From Candidatus Iainarchaeum sp. (lineage in GTDB: Archaea; Iainarchaeota; Iainarchaeia; Iainarchaeales; GCA-2688035), in NCBI GenBank assembly GCA_017610175.1, contig JAFCCO010000001.1, positions 72,265 through 136,264 of the forward strand: a DNA stretch of 64,000 nucleotides. The letters run 5' to 3'. The translations under genes were made by a program, and so were the position numbers. How positions within the stretch are numbered: position 1 is the stretch's first letter; the number at the start of each line of letters is the position of its first letter. This document shows, piece by piece, positions 26,294 to 36,171 of this stretch. Below the pieces are notes generated by a model. That model was not told the DNA's origin. It did no database searches and saw nothing but the letters and a program-made list of their open reading frames with translations.

Positions 26294-26944
26294 TTAAAGC
26301 GACTGCCTTACTTTTTCTGCAATTTCCCTTTTTGCCAAAATCAGTATTTTTTGCCCTGGCTTTACAATCGTGTCCCCGTCGGGAATTACGAGGTTTTTGT
26401 TGTCCAAAAGTGCAACGATTGCTGAACCAGGTGGGTGCTCTATTTCTTTTACTTTCTTGTTTGCAATCTTGTGCTTTTCGGTTATTTCAATTTCCATTAT
26501 TTCTGCGGCTCCCCTTGAAATGAACGCAAGGTCCAGCACACCTGGCTTTGTAATTAATTCGGCAATGTACCCTGCGGCAGCTGCCTCGGGGTGAATTACA
26601 ATGTCTATTCCAAGCTTTTTCAAAACCTCTTCGTCGTAGTCAACTTTTCCGATTCTTGCCGCAACCTGTTCTGCCCCCAGCTCTTTTGCAAGCAGTGAAA
26701 TGACCATGTTTGTTTCGTCCTGCCCTGTTAGTGCAACAACGGCGTCGCATTCCTTTACCCCTGCTTTTTCAAGAACCCCTGGTTCTGTTCCGTCGCCCTG
26801 TGTTGCAATAATGTCAAGGTCGCGGCTTATTTTGTCGCACCTTTCCGCACTCTTGTCTATTACAACCGCGTCATGCTCTTCCTCAAGCAAAAGCTGTGCA
26901 AGAAAGTATCCCACCTCTCCTGCGCCTATAATTATGATGTACAT
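26294..26944 (-). CDS. trkA: TrkA-type K+ uptake regulatory subunit (RCK, NAD-binding)
   Basis: 216 aa; MYIIIIGAGEVG Rossmann start; TrkA-N plus TrkA-C layout. Confidence 0.85.
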   Translation of the reverse strand: MYIIIIGAGEVGYFLAQLLLEEEHDAVVIDKSAERCDKISRDLDIIATQGDGTEPGVLEKAGVKECDAVVALTGQDETNMVISLLAKELGAEQVAARIGKVDYDEEVLKKLGIDIVIHPEAAAAGYIAELITKPGVLDLAFISRGAAEIMEIEITEKHKIANKKVKEIEHPPGSAIVALLDNKNLVIPDGDTIVKPGQKILILAKREIAEKVRQSL

Positions 26945-26987
26945 GTGCTATCGCTTTACTTAAGTTCTTTCCCGTATTTAATACCTT

Positions 26988-28466
26988 TCACTTTCTGGAG
27001 GCACGAAATGAAAGGGCAAAGCCTATTGCTGAAAGAATCGGCACTATTTCAAGCCTTCCGACCCACATGTTGAGTATTAGCATTATTTCAACGGCAAGAG
27101 GCATTCCTGCATGTGTTATTCCCGCCGAAATTCCGGCATTGCTTTGCGCTGAAACAACCTCAAACAAACTGTCCGCAAGAGTGTTTCCGTGAAGCGTTAA
27201 AACCATTACGCCTGCAACAATGAAAACCATCCAGATGAGGATGAACTGGTTTATTTCCTTTATTTCGCGAATCTCCAAATTCCGGCCCTCGAATTTTCTT
27301 GCAAAAAAGCTTTTGGCCGGCAAAATCGCTTCCTTTATTCTCCAGTAAACCGATTTTACAAAAATTATGAACCTTGAAATTTTTATCCCGCCCGCTGTGC
27401 TTCCTGTGGAGCCGCCGATTAACATTACGCCCACAAGAACGAGCTTTACAAAGTCGTCCCACTGCCTTATGTCTGATGCGGCAACGAGTGAAAAGCCGCC
27501 GCATGTCAGGGCTGAAAAAGAGTGGAAGAACGCATTTATGACAACATCAACATTTCCCCCGTAAAAGAGAACCATTTTGGGCAAAATCATAAATCCCCCC
27601 AAAAGCCCCAGAAGTATTAAGACCTTGAATTCTGCGTCATGCAAAAGAATTCCGAGCCTTTTTTTCTTGAAGACCAGGTAGTGGACCGAGAAAGAGGTTG
27701 CACCCAAAATCATTATTAATATCAGGCTCAGGTCAATTGCAATAGGGTGTGCTCCAAGCAGGCCCTGTGACGTTATGTCCATTCCTGTTGTGCTGATTGC
27801 GGACATGCTGTAGTTTATTGCGGTAAACAATCCCATCCCGCTGAGGAAGAGAAGTATTACCCCGAAAATTGTAAGACCAATGTAAATGTTCCAGATTTCC
27901 TTAATTGTGTTCTTAATATTTGGCTTGATTCTTTCATCCCTGCCCTCCGCAGTGCTTAGCTTGCTTGCCCGGCTGTAGGTTGTAAGGATTCCTGTTAAAG
28001 CCATGATTACAATTCCAACCCCTCCAATCCAGGAGAGAATGCTTCTCCAGAACACAAGCGAGTTTGGGGCGTAGTCAATGCTAAAGCGCATTACGCTAAG
28101 TCCTGTTGTTGTCAGGGCAGACATTGCCTCAAAGTAGCCGTCTATAAATGTCATTCCCTGCACGAGAACAAAGGGCATTGCGGAAATTCCGCAGTAAACA
28201 AGCCAGAAAATTGATGCAGTGAGAAACGCGTGTTTCAAATCCGTTTCCTGCGTGGGGGCAAAGGCGTTCCTTAATGCAAGCCCCACCGCAAACGCAACCC
28301 CTGCCGAAATTAGGTAGCCTATTGCGATGGAAAACGGCTCGCCGTAGTAAAGTGAAACAAGAAGCGGGGCAAGAAATGTTACCGCACTCCACTCAATCAT
28401 TGTTCCAAGATCGCGAAGAACAACCCTTAAGTCCTCTTTTCCAAGCCGGATTAAACTAAAAGCCAT
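26988..28466 (-). CDS. trkH: TrkH/KtrB-family K+ transporter membrane subunit
   Basis: 492 aa; repeated selectivity-filter-like motifs TTGLSVM, TTGMD, GGSTGSTAGGIKISR, NAGIS. Confidence 0.85.
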   Translation of the reverse strand: MAFSLIRLGKEDLRVVLRDLGTMIEWSAVTFLAPLLVSLYYGEPFSIAIGYLISAGVAFAVGLALRNAFAPTQETDLKHAFLTASIFWLVYCGISAMPFVLVQGMTFIDGYFEAMSALTTTGLSVMRFSIDYAPNSLVFWRSILSWIGGVGIVIMALTGILTTYSRASKLSTAEGRDERIKPNIKNTIKEIWNIYIGLTIFGVILLFLSGMGLFTAINYSMSAISTTGMDITSQGLLGAHPIAIDLSLILIMILGATSFSVHYLVFKKKRLGILLHDAEFKVLILLGLLGGFMILPKMVLFYGGNVDVVINAFFHSFSALTCGGFSLVAASDIRQWDDFVKLVLVGVMLIGGSTGSTAGGIKISRFIIFVKSVYWRIKEAILPAKSFFARKFEGRNLEIREIKEINQFILIWMVFIVAGVMVLTLHGNTLADSLFEVVSAQSNAGISAGITHAGMPLAVEIMLILNMWVGRLEIVPILSAIGFALSFRASRK

Positions 28467-28488
28467 GGAACAAATAGCTTCAAAGAAC

Positions 28489-29067
28489 TTAATAAAGGTT
28501 TTCAGGGCTTTGTCCCAATTGCTTTATTGCATGGTTATAAGCTGGTTCGGCTATTTTTCTTGCTTGCTCTGATGTTATCCGTTCAAACATCCAGTCCATC
28601 TTTCTTCTCACCTTTTCCTTTCCCAACTTATTTGCAAGCCCGGTGTGTTTGATGGCGTTTGTTTCAAAGTAGCTTATGCTGTCTGCATCCTTTATTAGGT
28701 TGGATTCGGCGTCTCCGCCAACCTCGTGCTTTCCAACCATGTTCTTGATTCGCTCTATCTTGCCCTGTTCATACCCCTCTTTTTTCAGGAATTCGGAAAC
28801 AATTCTTGCGCCCTCCCTCTGGTGCTCTTCCAGGATTTTGGGGTCATTGAATTCTTTTTCTTTAAATGTCTGCTCTGTGTTTGTTTTTCTAAAAGCCCTT
28901 GCAATGTCGTGGGCGTAGGCTGCGATAATAATCGCTTCGTCAGAATCAGGCTTTAGCCTTTGTGCCCAGCGGGCGGCGCTCTCAAAGTGCTCCAGGCTTT
29001 TGCCGGTTGCGCTTTTTTCATAGGACTCTTTAACAAATTGCTTTACCTTTTCCAGCATAATGCTCAC
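28489..29067 (-). CDS. HD-domain phosphohydrolase
   Basis: 192 aa; AAYAHDIAR HD motif and downstream KDAD. Confidence 0.7.
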   Translation of the reverse strand: MSIMLEKVKQFVKESYEKSATGKSLEHFESAARWAQRLKPDSDEAIIIAAYAHDIARAFRKTNTEQTFKEKEFNDPKILEEHQREGARIVSEFLKKEGYEQGKIERIKNMVGKHEVGGDAESNLIKDADSISYFETNAIKHTGLANKLGKEKVRRKMDWMFERITSEQARKIAEPAYNHAIKQLGQSPENLY

Positions 29068-29644
29068 TAATTATTGGTTTCAATTTTTCAAGCAACAAAT
29101 CAAATTTGGTATATCCTGCTTTTGAATTAAAGTGCCCTGCATTTGGCACAAAATTTAATTTCACCCCAAGTTTTTTTGCTAGCTCCTCTCCGTTTCCAAG
29201 AGAAACATAGGGGTCTGTATCTGATTGGAAAACTTCAAAATAGCGGGCTTTATCTGTTATGGATTTCCATTCAAATGAAAAGCCACTGAAGCTGTTGTCT
29301 CGGTCATAATTTAAGATGGGGCGAACTCCAATCGGGGTTCCCACAAAAAAAGCCGCTTTAACGGGACTTTTCAATTTCTCCAATATTCGCAGTGCGAAAA
29401 TTCCGCCCAAACTGTGCCCAATAAGAATGGTGTCTTTGCCAATATACTGTTTGTAATCTTTGAATACATCAAACCATTCGGTAATTTTTGCCGGAATTTT
29501 TGGAGGGGAAGGAAACTGTGGCACAAATACTGTGTAACCCTGTTTCTCTAATTTTTCCTTTAACCAAGGAAACCAGTTTTCCTCTGGATAGCCCTCTGTT
29601 CCATGAAAAATAAATGCGTTCTTTATGCTAATCCTTTTTTGCAT
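29030..29644 (-). CDS. Alpha/beta-fold serine hydrolase (YdeN-like esterase)
   Basis: Start trimmed to MQKRISIKNAFIFHGTEG at 29644 (the longer ORF to 29872 runs antisense across two tRNAs); nucleophile elbow IGHSLGG. Confidence 0.7.
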   Translation of the reverse strand: MQKRISIKNAFIFHGTEGYPEENWFPWLKEKLEKQGYTVFVPQFPSPPKIPAKITEWFDVFKDYKQYIGKDTILIGHSLGGIFALRILEKLKSPVKAAFFVGTPIGVRPILNYDRDNSFSGFSFEWKSITDKARYFEVFQSDTDPYVSLGNGEELAKKLGVKLNFVPNAGHFNSKAGYTKFDLLLEKLKPIISEHYAGKGKAIC

Positions 29645-29647
29645 CAA

Positions 29648-29731
29648 TGCAGGGGGGAGGATTCGAACCCCCGAAGGCACTAAGCCACCAGGCCCTGAAC
29701 CTGACTCCTTTGACCGCTCGGAAACCCCTGC
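29648..29731 (-). tRNA. tRNA-Leu (anticodon CAG), class II with long variable arm
   Basis: rc = GCAGGGG-TT-TCC-GAGCGGTCAAA-GGA-G-TCAGG-TTCAGGG-CCTGG-TGGCTTAGTGCCTTC-GGGGG-TTCGAAT-CCTCC-CCCCTGC-A. Confidence 0.8.
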
Positions 29732-29777
29732 GTTGCTTAATTTTTCTTGGTTGAAAGAGTTTATAAATTTCCTTGTA

Positions 29778-29849
29778 ATTGAAAAAGCGTCCCCGCCGGG
29801 AATTGAACCCGGGTCGCAAGCTCCGCAAGCTTGTATGCTATCCACTACA
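29778..29849 (-). tRNA. tRNA-Arg (anticodon GCG)
   Basis: rc = GTCCCTG-TA-GTGTAGTGGATAGCAT-A-CAAGC-TTGCGGA-GCTTG-CGAC-CCGGG-TTCAATT-CCCGG-CGGGGAC-G. Confidence 0.8.
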
Positions 29850-29890
29850 CTACAGGGACTTCTATAAATCAATTCGGCGGCGCAAACTAT

Positions 29891-30880
29891 TTAATTAGAA
29901 CTTTTTGGTTCGGCCTCTTTAGGGGGAAGCAGTTTTTGAAGCAAGGCAGCGTAAATCATTGAAAGCGGCACCATTATGAAGTTGCCCACAAGCGAGAACC
30001 CCGCTATGAGGATGAGTCCGAAGAAAACCCAGATGAATTGCTCCATTGTCTTGATTCCGGGGATTGAGTTCTTGGCCATTTGGGTCAATTGCTTTGTGTC
30101 AATTTCCTGCCGGTTGCTTTCCAGCTGGCTTTTTACAAGTTCCTTAAAGCTTGGCTTGTAGAGCTCCTCCCTTAAAAGCAAAAGGCTCTGGAAGAACAGC
30201 ACCGCATTCGGGTCTTCACTGTCCCCGAGCGCTGTAAATGTTGGCATTGATGTTATCTGCTCAACCTGTGCCTGCTGGCTTCTGACCAATGATTCCGCGA
30301 CCGCATCAGTTACCTTCCCCTGCAGGTTCTGTCCCTCAAGAACCGGCTCAAGGAAAGCTGTTTCAAGATTTTCAATAAACTCTTCCTGCTGGGGCATGAT
30401 GTACATTGCGGAGAGCACAATTAGGCTGATGTTTATGAGCATAAGGCTTTTTTTGAATGCTGAGGACGTTGCCCTTGCGGCCACCCATTTCTTCAGCTCC
30501 GCGTGCTTGAGTGAGGCTGTTCCAACCATTAGCGGAACCGAGATTACGTAAGCCACTTGCAGCACAAGAAACTGCTGGAATTGCGCAAAAATAAGGTTTG
30601 GGATTGCAAGCGCAATTACTGTGGCTGAGGTTGCAAGCAGAATTGCCTTCATCTTCTCCGCCTTTTTGCTGAGTAGGGAAATAAGTGCAATCGGGAGCGG
30701 TGCAGCTACCACAAAGAGAATGAACTGAATGCTTGAAACTATTTCAAAGGCTTTCTCCATCTTTAGGCCAAACAAATCCGGAACGCCAACCGCCGGCGCA
30801 AAAAGCATTGCCGCAAGCAAAGTTGTTACCGCGATTGCCGCAAAAAAAACCTGTTCCTCTCTTGTTGGCCTAAACTCCAT
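29891..30880 (-). CDS. Hypothetical polytopic membrane protein
   Basis: 329 aa, several predicted TM helices at both ends with a Gln/Glu-rich middle; no recognisable motif. Confidence 0.45.
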   Translation of the reverse strand: MEFRPTREEQVFFAAIAVTTLLAAMLFAPAVGVPDLFGLKMEKAFEIVSSIQFILFVVAAPLPIALISLLSKKAEKMKAILLATSATVIALAIPNLIFAQFQQFLVLQVAYVISVPLMVGTASLKHAELKKWVAARATSSAFKKSLMLINISLIVLSAMYIMPQQEEFIENLETAFLEPVLEGQNLQGKVTDAVAESLVRSQQAQVEQITSMPTFTALGDSEDPNAVLFFQSLLLLREELYKPSFKELVKSQLESNRQEIDTKQLTQMAKNSIPGIKTMEQFIWVFFGLILIAGFSLVGNFIMVPLSMIYAALLQKLLPPKEAEPKSSN

Positions 30881-30952
30881 TCCAATCGTAATTCTAAGCG
30901 CTGAACTTGTTTATTAGGCTTGCGCCCGCATTCATTATGTAGAAGTCGGGGC

Positions 30953-31861
30953 TTATTTTACGAGGGGCTCAACCTTTCCGTCGTGAATAATAATTGAGTT
31001 CTCGCTTTGGGTAACGATTTTTCCGTCCTCTTCCTTTAGAATTGGATGCGCCTTGATGCACTTTGCTTTCATAAGTTCGCGCATTGCAATTTTTCTCTGG
31101 AAGTCGTTGAGCTTCAGGCCATCATCAATCCATCTTTCCGCAAACGGGAGTGTCTGGAAGTTTTCAAGCACATACTCCAAAACCTTTCTTGCGTGGGAAT
31201 TCCTAACCTGCTTTGGCTCGTCGATTTCAAAAATTTCAGACTGCTGGGTCTGCTTTACAAAGCCCTCCCCGTTTGTTGCAAACGGCTCGATTGCATAGGC
31301 CCCGTCTTCCAAAACCCGGTCGTCGTTGTTTTCAATGTTTGGGATGCTTGGAGCTGCGTGGGTAATGTACCTTTGCAGGCCGTGGCCTGTAAGGTTTTGA
31401 ATCGGGTTGAATCCCTTGCTTTTAATTGCTTTCTCTATTTCCGCTCCAATCTTTCCAATTTCCGCACCCGGCTTGGCAATGCTCAAAGCGTTTTCCAGCG
31501 CAAGCTCTGACGCCTCAATAAGCTTTGCCCATTCATTGCTTGGGTTAATTGTAAAAGAGGCGTCTGCGATGTATCCGTCCACATGAACCCCCATGTCAAT
31601 CTTCAAAACGTCCTTTTCTTCAAAAACCGTTTCATCGCCTTTTCCAGGCGCATAGTGGGCTGCGTTCTCGTTCAGGCTCAAGTTTGTTGGGAAAGCAAGC
31701 CCTGCTTTTCCCTCAGATGATAGGTCTTTGACTGCTTTTTCAACTTTTAAAGCAATATCAAGTAGTTTTTTGCCTGGAACGGCTTCTTTTCTCGCTTTTT
31801 TCTGCAATTTTCCAAGAATAGAGCCTGCTTTTAGGTATTTTTTCACTTCTTCCGATTCCAT
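30953..31861 (-). CDS. map: Methionine aminopeptidase, type 2 (archaeal MetAP2)
   Basis: 302 aa; AFPTNLSLNENAAHYAP, DMGVHVDGYIADASFT, NLTGHGLQRYITHAAPSIP, AIEPFATNGEGFV, QSEIFEI. Confidence 0.9.
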   Translation of the reverse strand: MESEEVKKYLKAGSILGKLQKKARKEAVPGKKLLDIALKVEKAVKDLSSEGKAGLAFPTNLSLNENAAHYAPGKGDETVFEEKDVLKIDMGVHVDGYIADASFTINPSNEWAKLIEASELALENALSIAKPGAEIGKIGAEIEKAIKSKGFNPIQNLTGHGLQRYITHAAPSIPNIENNDDRVLEDGAYAIEPFATNGEGFVKQTQQSEIFEIDEPKQVRNSHARKVLEYVLENFQTLPFAERWIDDGLKLNDFQRKIAMRELMKAKCIKAHPILKEEDGKIVTQSENSIIIHDGKVEPLVK

Positions 31862-31907
31862 TCTGCATTCACCTTTAAAACATCTTTTCCTTGGAAAGGG
31901 TTAAAAA

Positions 31908-32660
31908 TCAGCGCTTTGAGGAAGCTACTGCAAGCACTATAAGTGCCAGGGCAACGACCGCAATTAGGTTAATTTCGGGAATTGCAAACAGTGATGACCT
32001 TACTTGTGCAACAATAAATGAGGTTGTTTTTACGTTTCCAACCGGTGTATCTGCACAGCCTGTTTCCGAGAATGAAACCCCGCTAATTTGGGCGCTTGTG
32101 TCATACCTTCCCTCTGTGTTAAGCACTTCGCTTGTGCATGCAAAGCTTGCCGAACTGTTTGCAAGAATTGTATTCGGGCCTGCCGGTGCCGGGCAGTTAA
32201 AGGTGGTAAATCCATCCTGGAAAATTATTCTAAAGTCAATTGTAAAGTCTGTGACGTCGCAGCTGTTGTCGTTTTGAATTGTTGCAATAAGGGTTGTGGT
32301 GGTTCCCGGCTCAACCAAAGCAGGGCTTGCCCTTAATTCGTCTATTACAACGTCGTTTGCCCCGCTGTCCCCCAAAAATCCTGCAAGGAACTTGAACATT
32401 AGTTCGCTCTGCGAATCCCCTGTTGGTGTGTCGCCCGCCGGAAGCGGGTCGGGGGATGGTTTCAATCCTATGTCTATTAGCATTCCAGCCCTTCCTGCGG
32501 TTTGGTAGGATGTTGGGGTTGCCCCTGTTCCGACATCAATCGCGTAATAGAAACTTGTCCCTTCCGTCATTCCAATTGTTGTTGGGTCGTCAATTGCGGC
32601 ACTTGCTCCGCTGCAAATTAGGGTTAAGAAAAGAGCCAGGGTGGTGAGTTTTTTTATCAC
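31908..32660 (-). CDS. Secreted Thr/Gly-rich protein with C-terminal TM anchor (IPEINLIAVVALALIVLAVASSKR)
   Basis: Six-frame ORF 31908..32690; a GTG at 32660 gives signal peptide (M)IKKLTTLALFLTLICSGASAA and removes overlap with the upstream gene's stop at 32671. Confidence 0.5.
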   Translation of the reverse strand: MIKKLTTLALFLTLICSGASAAIDDPTTIGMTEGTSFYYAIDVGTGATPTSYQTAGRAGMLIDIGLKPSPDPLPAGDTPTGDSQSELMFKFLAGFLGDSGANDVVIDELRASPALVEPGTTTTLIATIQNDNSCDVTDFTIDFRIIFQDGFTTFNCPAPAGPNTILANSSASFACTSEVLNTEGRYDTSAQISGVSFSETGCADTPVGNVKTTSFIVAQVRSSLFAIPEINLIAVVALALIVLAVASSKR

Positions 32661-32670
32661 TTGATTCCCC

Positions 32671-35600
32671 CTATGGGTAGAACGAAACATTTATTGTTTC
32701 GTTCGCTCCTGCCGGATCAATTGTGACTTGCGCGATGTACTGTGCTCCCGGGACAAGCAGGCAACCTGAAAGGGAATAATTTAGTATTCCATCGCTTATT
32801 GTTGTTGTTATTGGGTTTGATGCACAGCTTCCTCCCGGCGTGATGTCAATGAATATTTCTGCGGTGCTGTTTATTGGCTGTTTTGTTGCCTTGTCAAGAA
32901 TGAACGCTCCGATTGCAATTGTTGTTGGAACCGCTGTGCCACCTCCTGGGCCTCCGCCTCCGAAGTTCTGGAATACGGAGTTGCTGCACTGTACAACTGG
33001 CGAACTGCTTGAGGCAACCACGTTAAATACCTGTGATGCCGTTCCGGAGTCTATGTAACTGCAGGTTCCTGTTGCCTGCAGGCTGTTGACCGTTGCGGTT
33101 GTGCTTGTTCCGTTCCCGCAGTTTATGTTAACAGTTGTTCCGTTTGGAACGGCGCCAACAAAGTCAGCGGTTATTGTTGAATTGAATGCTGTTGAGTCGT
33201 GTGTTGCAGGGTTTGGTGTCAGGCTGCAGCTTATTGAGCCAGGAGCCCCACAACTGTGCTGCGACCACGCCAGTGCGGTTGTCATGTTAATCTTTCCCGG
33301 GTCGCTTGCCGAGCCTGTGATAAGGGTTCCTGCGTTTGAGAATGTTTCAAACGTTCCGGTGACCTCCAGTTGGCAGGTTTCAAGTGTTAGCGCCTGTCCT
33401 GTGTTTTCAATTTTGGTGTCTTTGAATATTGCAGGGTGGCTTGAGTCCCCCTTATTTGCCACTGAGAGCGGCTCGTCCCAGTTTGCCTCTATGGATTCGC
33501 TGTTTTTCATTCCCTCGATGTAAATGCCGTAGCTTTGGCTTACCGGGTTCACAACCTCTATTTTTATCAGGCTGTTTGTCGGGTCGTCAATTGTTTCATT
33601 GTCATTTAACCTTATCCTGCTGTTGACCATTTTCAGGTAATCCTGAATTATTATGTTTCCCCTGGTAAGTATTTGGCTGTCTGCCATTTCAAGCGCGCCT
33701 GCGTGAATCCATCTTATGTCATTGCCGTGGTTGCCGCCCCAGCTGTTTGTCAGGTCTGCGTTGGTAAGGCTCATTAGGCCTGATATTTCTATTGCCCCGT
33801 ATTTGCTTGGGTCGGAGTTTGTTGAATTGTATGTAAGGTCATGGAACTGTGCATTGTTTACAAAGAATTCGTTTGCATAAATTCCCACCCATGCATTGTC
33901 ATGTATAAGGTCGTCTGTGATTGCCGTTCCTGTGAATGTAATGCGCCCGTTTATTGCCCTTAGCGGACCCCACAGTGTTCTAAGCTCTGATCGCGTGAAT
34001 GTGATGTCTCCGAGTGCGCTTTCAACGCTTGTAATGTATCCGGTTGTCCCGTCTACCAATACGTCTTCAAACAAAATGTCTCCGCTTGCGTAAATCCTGC
34101 CGTTTGAAATTGCCCAGAGTGAATGCCTTCTCCCTGTTTCTGCGCCCCTTTTGACTGTAAGGTTTCCGTTCATTACTTCAATGTCTTTTGAGTAGTATGT
34201 TGCGTAGTTTGAGGGGTATCGTCCTACAATCAATGCGTTTCCGTTTGAAAGGCGAATTGGCGCCGGCTTGTTGAAATGGATTTCCGAAGTGTCCATGGTC
34301 CATGAATCCGTTCCTGCAACACCGTCAATAAAAATTCCCGCTCCCGCCGCGTTTAAGTGGTTGGAGTTTGAAATCAATGCGGCATTGCTTAGGTTGAATT
34401 TTCCGCCGTTTGTGGTTTCTATTTTTTCAAAGTACATTGTGGACTGGCCGTTGCTTGGGCCTTTTCCACTTATTGAAATGTCTCCTGAAGCGTTTAGCTT
34501 GCAGTGCTGGTCTCCATTGCAGTAAAGGTTTGAGTTTGTCATATTGACCTGGTTTGCTGCAAAGCTTGCTTTCCCGTGAATTTCTGTTGTTGTAAGGTTC
34601 ATTGCCCCTCCAACATCAACAAGGCCGTCGACATAATAGATTCTCTTGTTTTGCAGGGTAAGGTCTCCGCCAACTGTTATATTGTTGAATCTGGAGTTTG
34701 CCACAATTCCTGCATCCGACTGGTAGGTGGGGCCTGTGATTTCAAAGTTTCCGCCAACTATTATATCTCCGTTTCTGAAGTCATTTAGCCTGGAGTATCT
34801 TCCAAGAATTTTGAAGTCGTTTGAAACGTCAATGTTTCCGTTTCGCATGTTAATTATTTGGGTCCATGCATTTGGCCCTGTGTTGTTGAGTGTGAGGTTT
34901 CTTGCCTTTATTCCGGTTATCCATTCGTCCGCCCCATAAAGGTATGCGTCACCTGTGCTTTCCTGCTTGAGTTCAATGTCTCCCCTTATTCCGCCTGCAT
35001 CTGCGTTCACCGGACCGCTTATGTGGTAAATGTACGCTTCTCCACTGGATTTTGTGTGAAGCGTGATGTTTCTTGCGGTAATCCCATCGATGTATGCTCC
35101 CGATTCTCCCCGCATGTACACTGTTCCGGTGTTTTCTGCCAGAAGCTCGATGGTTCCAGCGACATTTATTGCCCCGCTTATGTTGTGGATGTTTGCCTGG
35201 TGGTTTCCTATGGACCAGAGCTTTAGGTTGTTTGCGGTAATTCCCGTAATTCTGCTGTCGCCCCTTACATATGCGTGGTGCGGCCCGCCTTTGACCAGAA
35301 TGTCACCGCTTATTTCCATTGGGCCTGCAAGGTAGTAAATGTATGTGTCGCCGTTTGCCGGTGCTGTTGCCGAATCAATTGTAAAATTTCCGTTGTTTGT
35401 TGTTTTGATGTGGCCGTTTATTCGGTTGTCCGGGATGTATGACCCGTTTTTGATTGTAATATCTCCTGCAACATCCATGTCGCCGCGCAGCCTGAGAATT
35501 GATGTTCTGCCTGCCATGGTGCTTTCCATTGTGAACGAGCCTGCTTTGATATATTTTATATCATCCAAAACTGCTCCGTTAAGAACCTTAAGGTCTCCTT

Positions 35601-36171
35601 GAATATCAATTTCACACTGTTGGGCTGCGGTTGCTTGGCAGCGCAAGTCTGCTTGGTGGTTTACTCCGCGGGAATCAATTGTAATGTTGGTAACGGTTTC
35701 CTTGCCGCCTTCAGGCACAAATTTTAATCTGTTGTTTGAACCGCCCCAATCAGCGCGAAGATAGGTTTGGTCACTTCTTGTGCTGAATTTTTCAACAGAA
35801 AGGTTCCATTCAATTCCTGAGCCAATTGCCGGCCCGATAAAATTTACAACATTGTTTGTTGCTGTTTCCACATTTGGGGAGAGGTTTGACGCTGCGCCCT
35901 TTGCAGTGTCGTCAGTAATATACCAGTCAACCTTTGTGACTCCGCCAAGCGGGGCAGTGCTCCAGAAACTGTCAATGTCTGTCTGGGTAATTCTTGTTGC
36001 GGCAGTGTTCCTATTGTTGATTACAACACATTCAAGTGTTGCTCCGCCGTCCTTTGTGTTGCACAAATCACAGAATGTTCCCCAGCAGCTTGCGTTTGCT
36101 GACTGGAAAAAAGCAAGAATTAAAAGCAAGGTAAACAAGTACTGAAACTTCATCAAAACACTCTTTGGCAT
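32671..36171 (-). CDS. Large secreted beta-helix-like repeat protein (putative surface adhesin)
   Basis: 1166 aa; signal peptide MKFQYLFTLLLILAFFQSANA; dozens of short degenerate Asn/Gly/Thr/Ile-rich repeats (ITGI.A.NL.L, NxxGDI) like right-handed parallel beta-helix proteins; Ig-like C-terminal region. Confidence 0.65.
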   Translation of the reverse strand: MPKSVLMKFQYLFTLLLILAFFQSANASCWGTFCDLCNTKDGGATLECVVINNRNTAATRITQTDIDSFWSTAPLGGVTKVDWYITDDTAKGAASNLSPNVETATNNVVNFIGPAIGSGIEWNLSVEKFSTRSDQTYLRADWGGSNNRLKFVPEGGKETVTNITIDSRGVNHQADLRCQATAAQQCEIDIQGDLKVLNGAVLDDIKYIKAGSFTMESTMAGRTSILRLRGDMDVAGDITIKNGSYIPDNRINGHIKTTNNGNFTIDSATAPANGDTYIYYLAGPMEISGDILVKGGPHHAYVRGDSRITGITANNLKLWSIGNHQANIHNISGAINVAGTIELLAENTGTVYMRGESGAYIDGITARNITLHTKSSGEAYIYHISGPVNADAGGIRGDIELKQESTGDAYLYGADEWITGIKARNLTLNNTGPNAWTQIINMRNGNIDVSNDFKILGRYSRLNDFRNGDIIVGGNFEITGPTYQSDAGIVANSRFNNITVGGDLTLQNKRIYYVDGLVDVGGAMNLTTTEIHGKASFAANQVNMTNSNLYCNGDQHCKLNASGDISISGKGPSNGQSTMYFEKIETTNGGKFNLSNAALISNSNHLNAAGAGIFIDGVAGTDSWTMDTSEIHFNKPAPIRLSNGNALIVGRYPSNYATYYSKDIEVMNGNLTVKRGAETGRRHSLWAISNGRIYASGDILFEDVLVDGTTGYITSVESALGDITFTRSELRTLWGPLRAINGRITFTGTAITDDLIHDNAWVGIYANEFFVNNAQFHDLTYNSTNSDPSKYGAIEISGLMSLTNADLTNSWGGNHGNDIRWIHAGALEMADSQILTRGNIIIQDYLKMVNSRIRLNDNETIDDPTNSLIKIEVVNPVSQSYGIYIEGMKNSESIEANWDEPLSVANKGDSSHPAIFKDTKIENTGQALTLETCQLEVTGTFETFSNAGTLITGSASDPGKINMTTALAWSQHSCGAPGSISCSLTPNPATHDSTAFNSTITADFVGAVPNGTTVNINCGNGTSTTATVNSLQATGTCSYIDSGTASQVFNVVASSSSPVVQCSNSVFQNFGGGGPGGGTAVPTTIAIGAFILDKATKQPINSTAEIFIDITPGGSCASNPITTTISDGILNYSLSGCLLVPGAQYIAQVTIDPAGANETINVSFYP

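Noticed and set aside
29645-29872. N-terminal extension of the alpha/beta hydrolase ORF (29030..29872)
   Set aside because: The extension is antisense to tRNA-Leu and tRNA-Arg, and a well-placed internal ATG (29644) begins the conserved hydrolase fold; extension is a read-through artefact.
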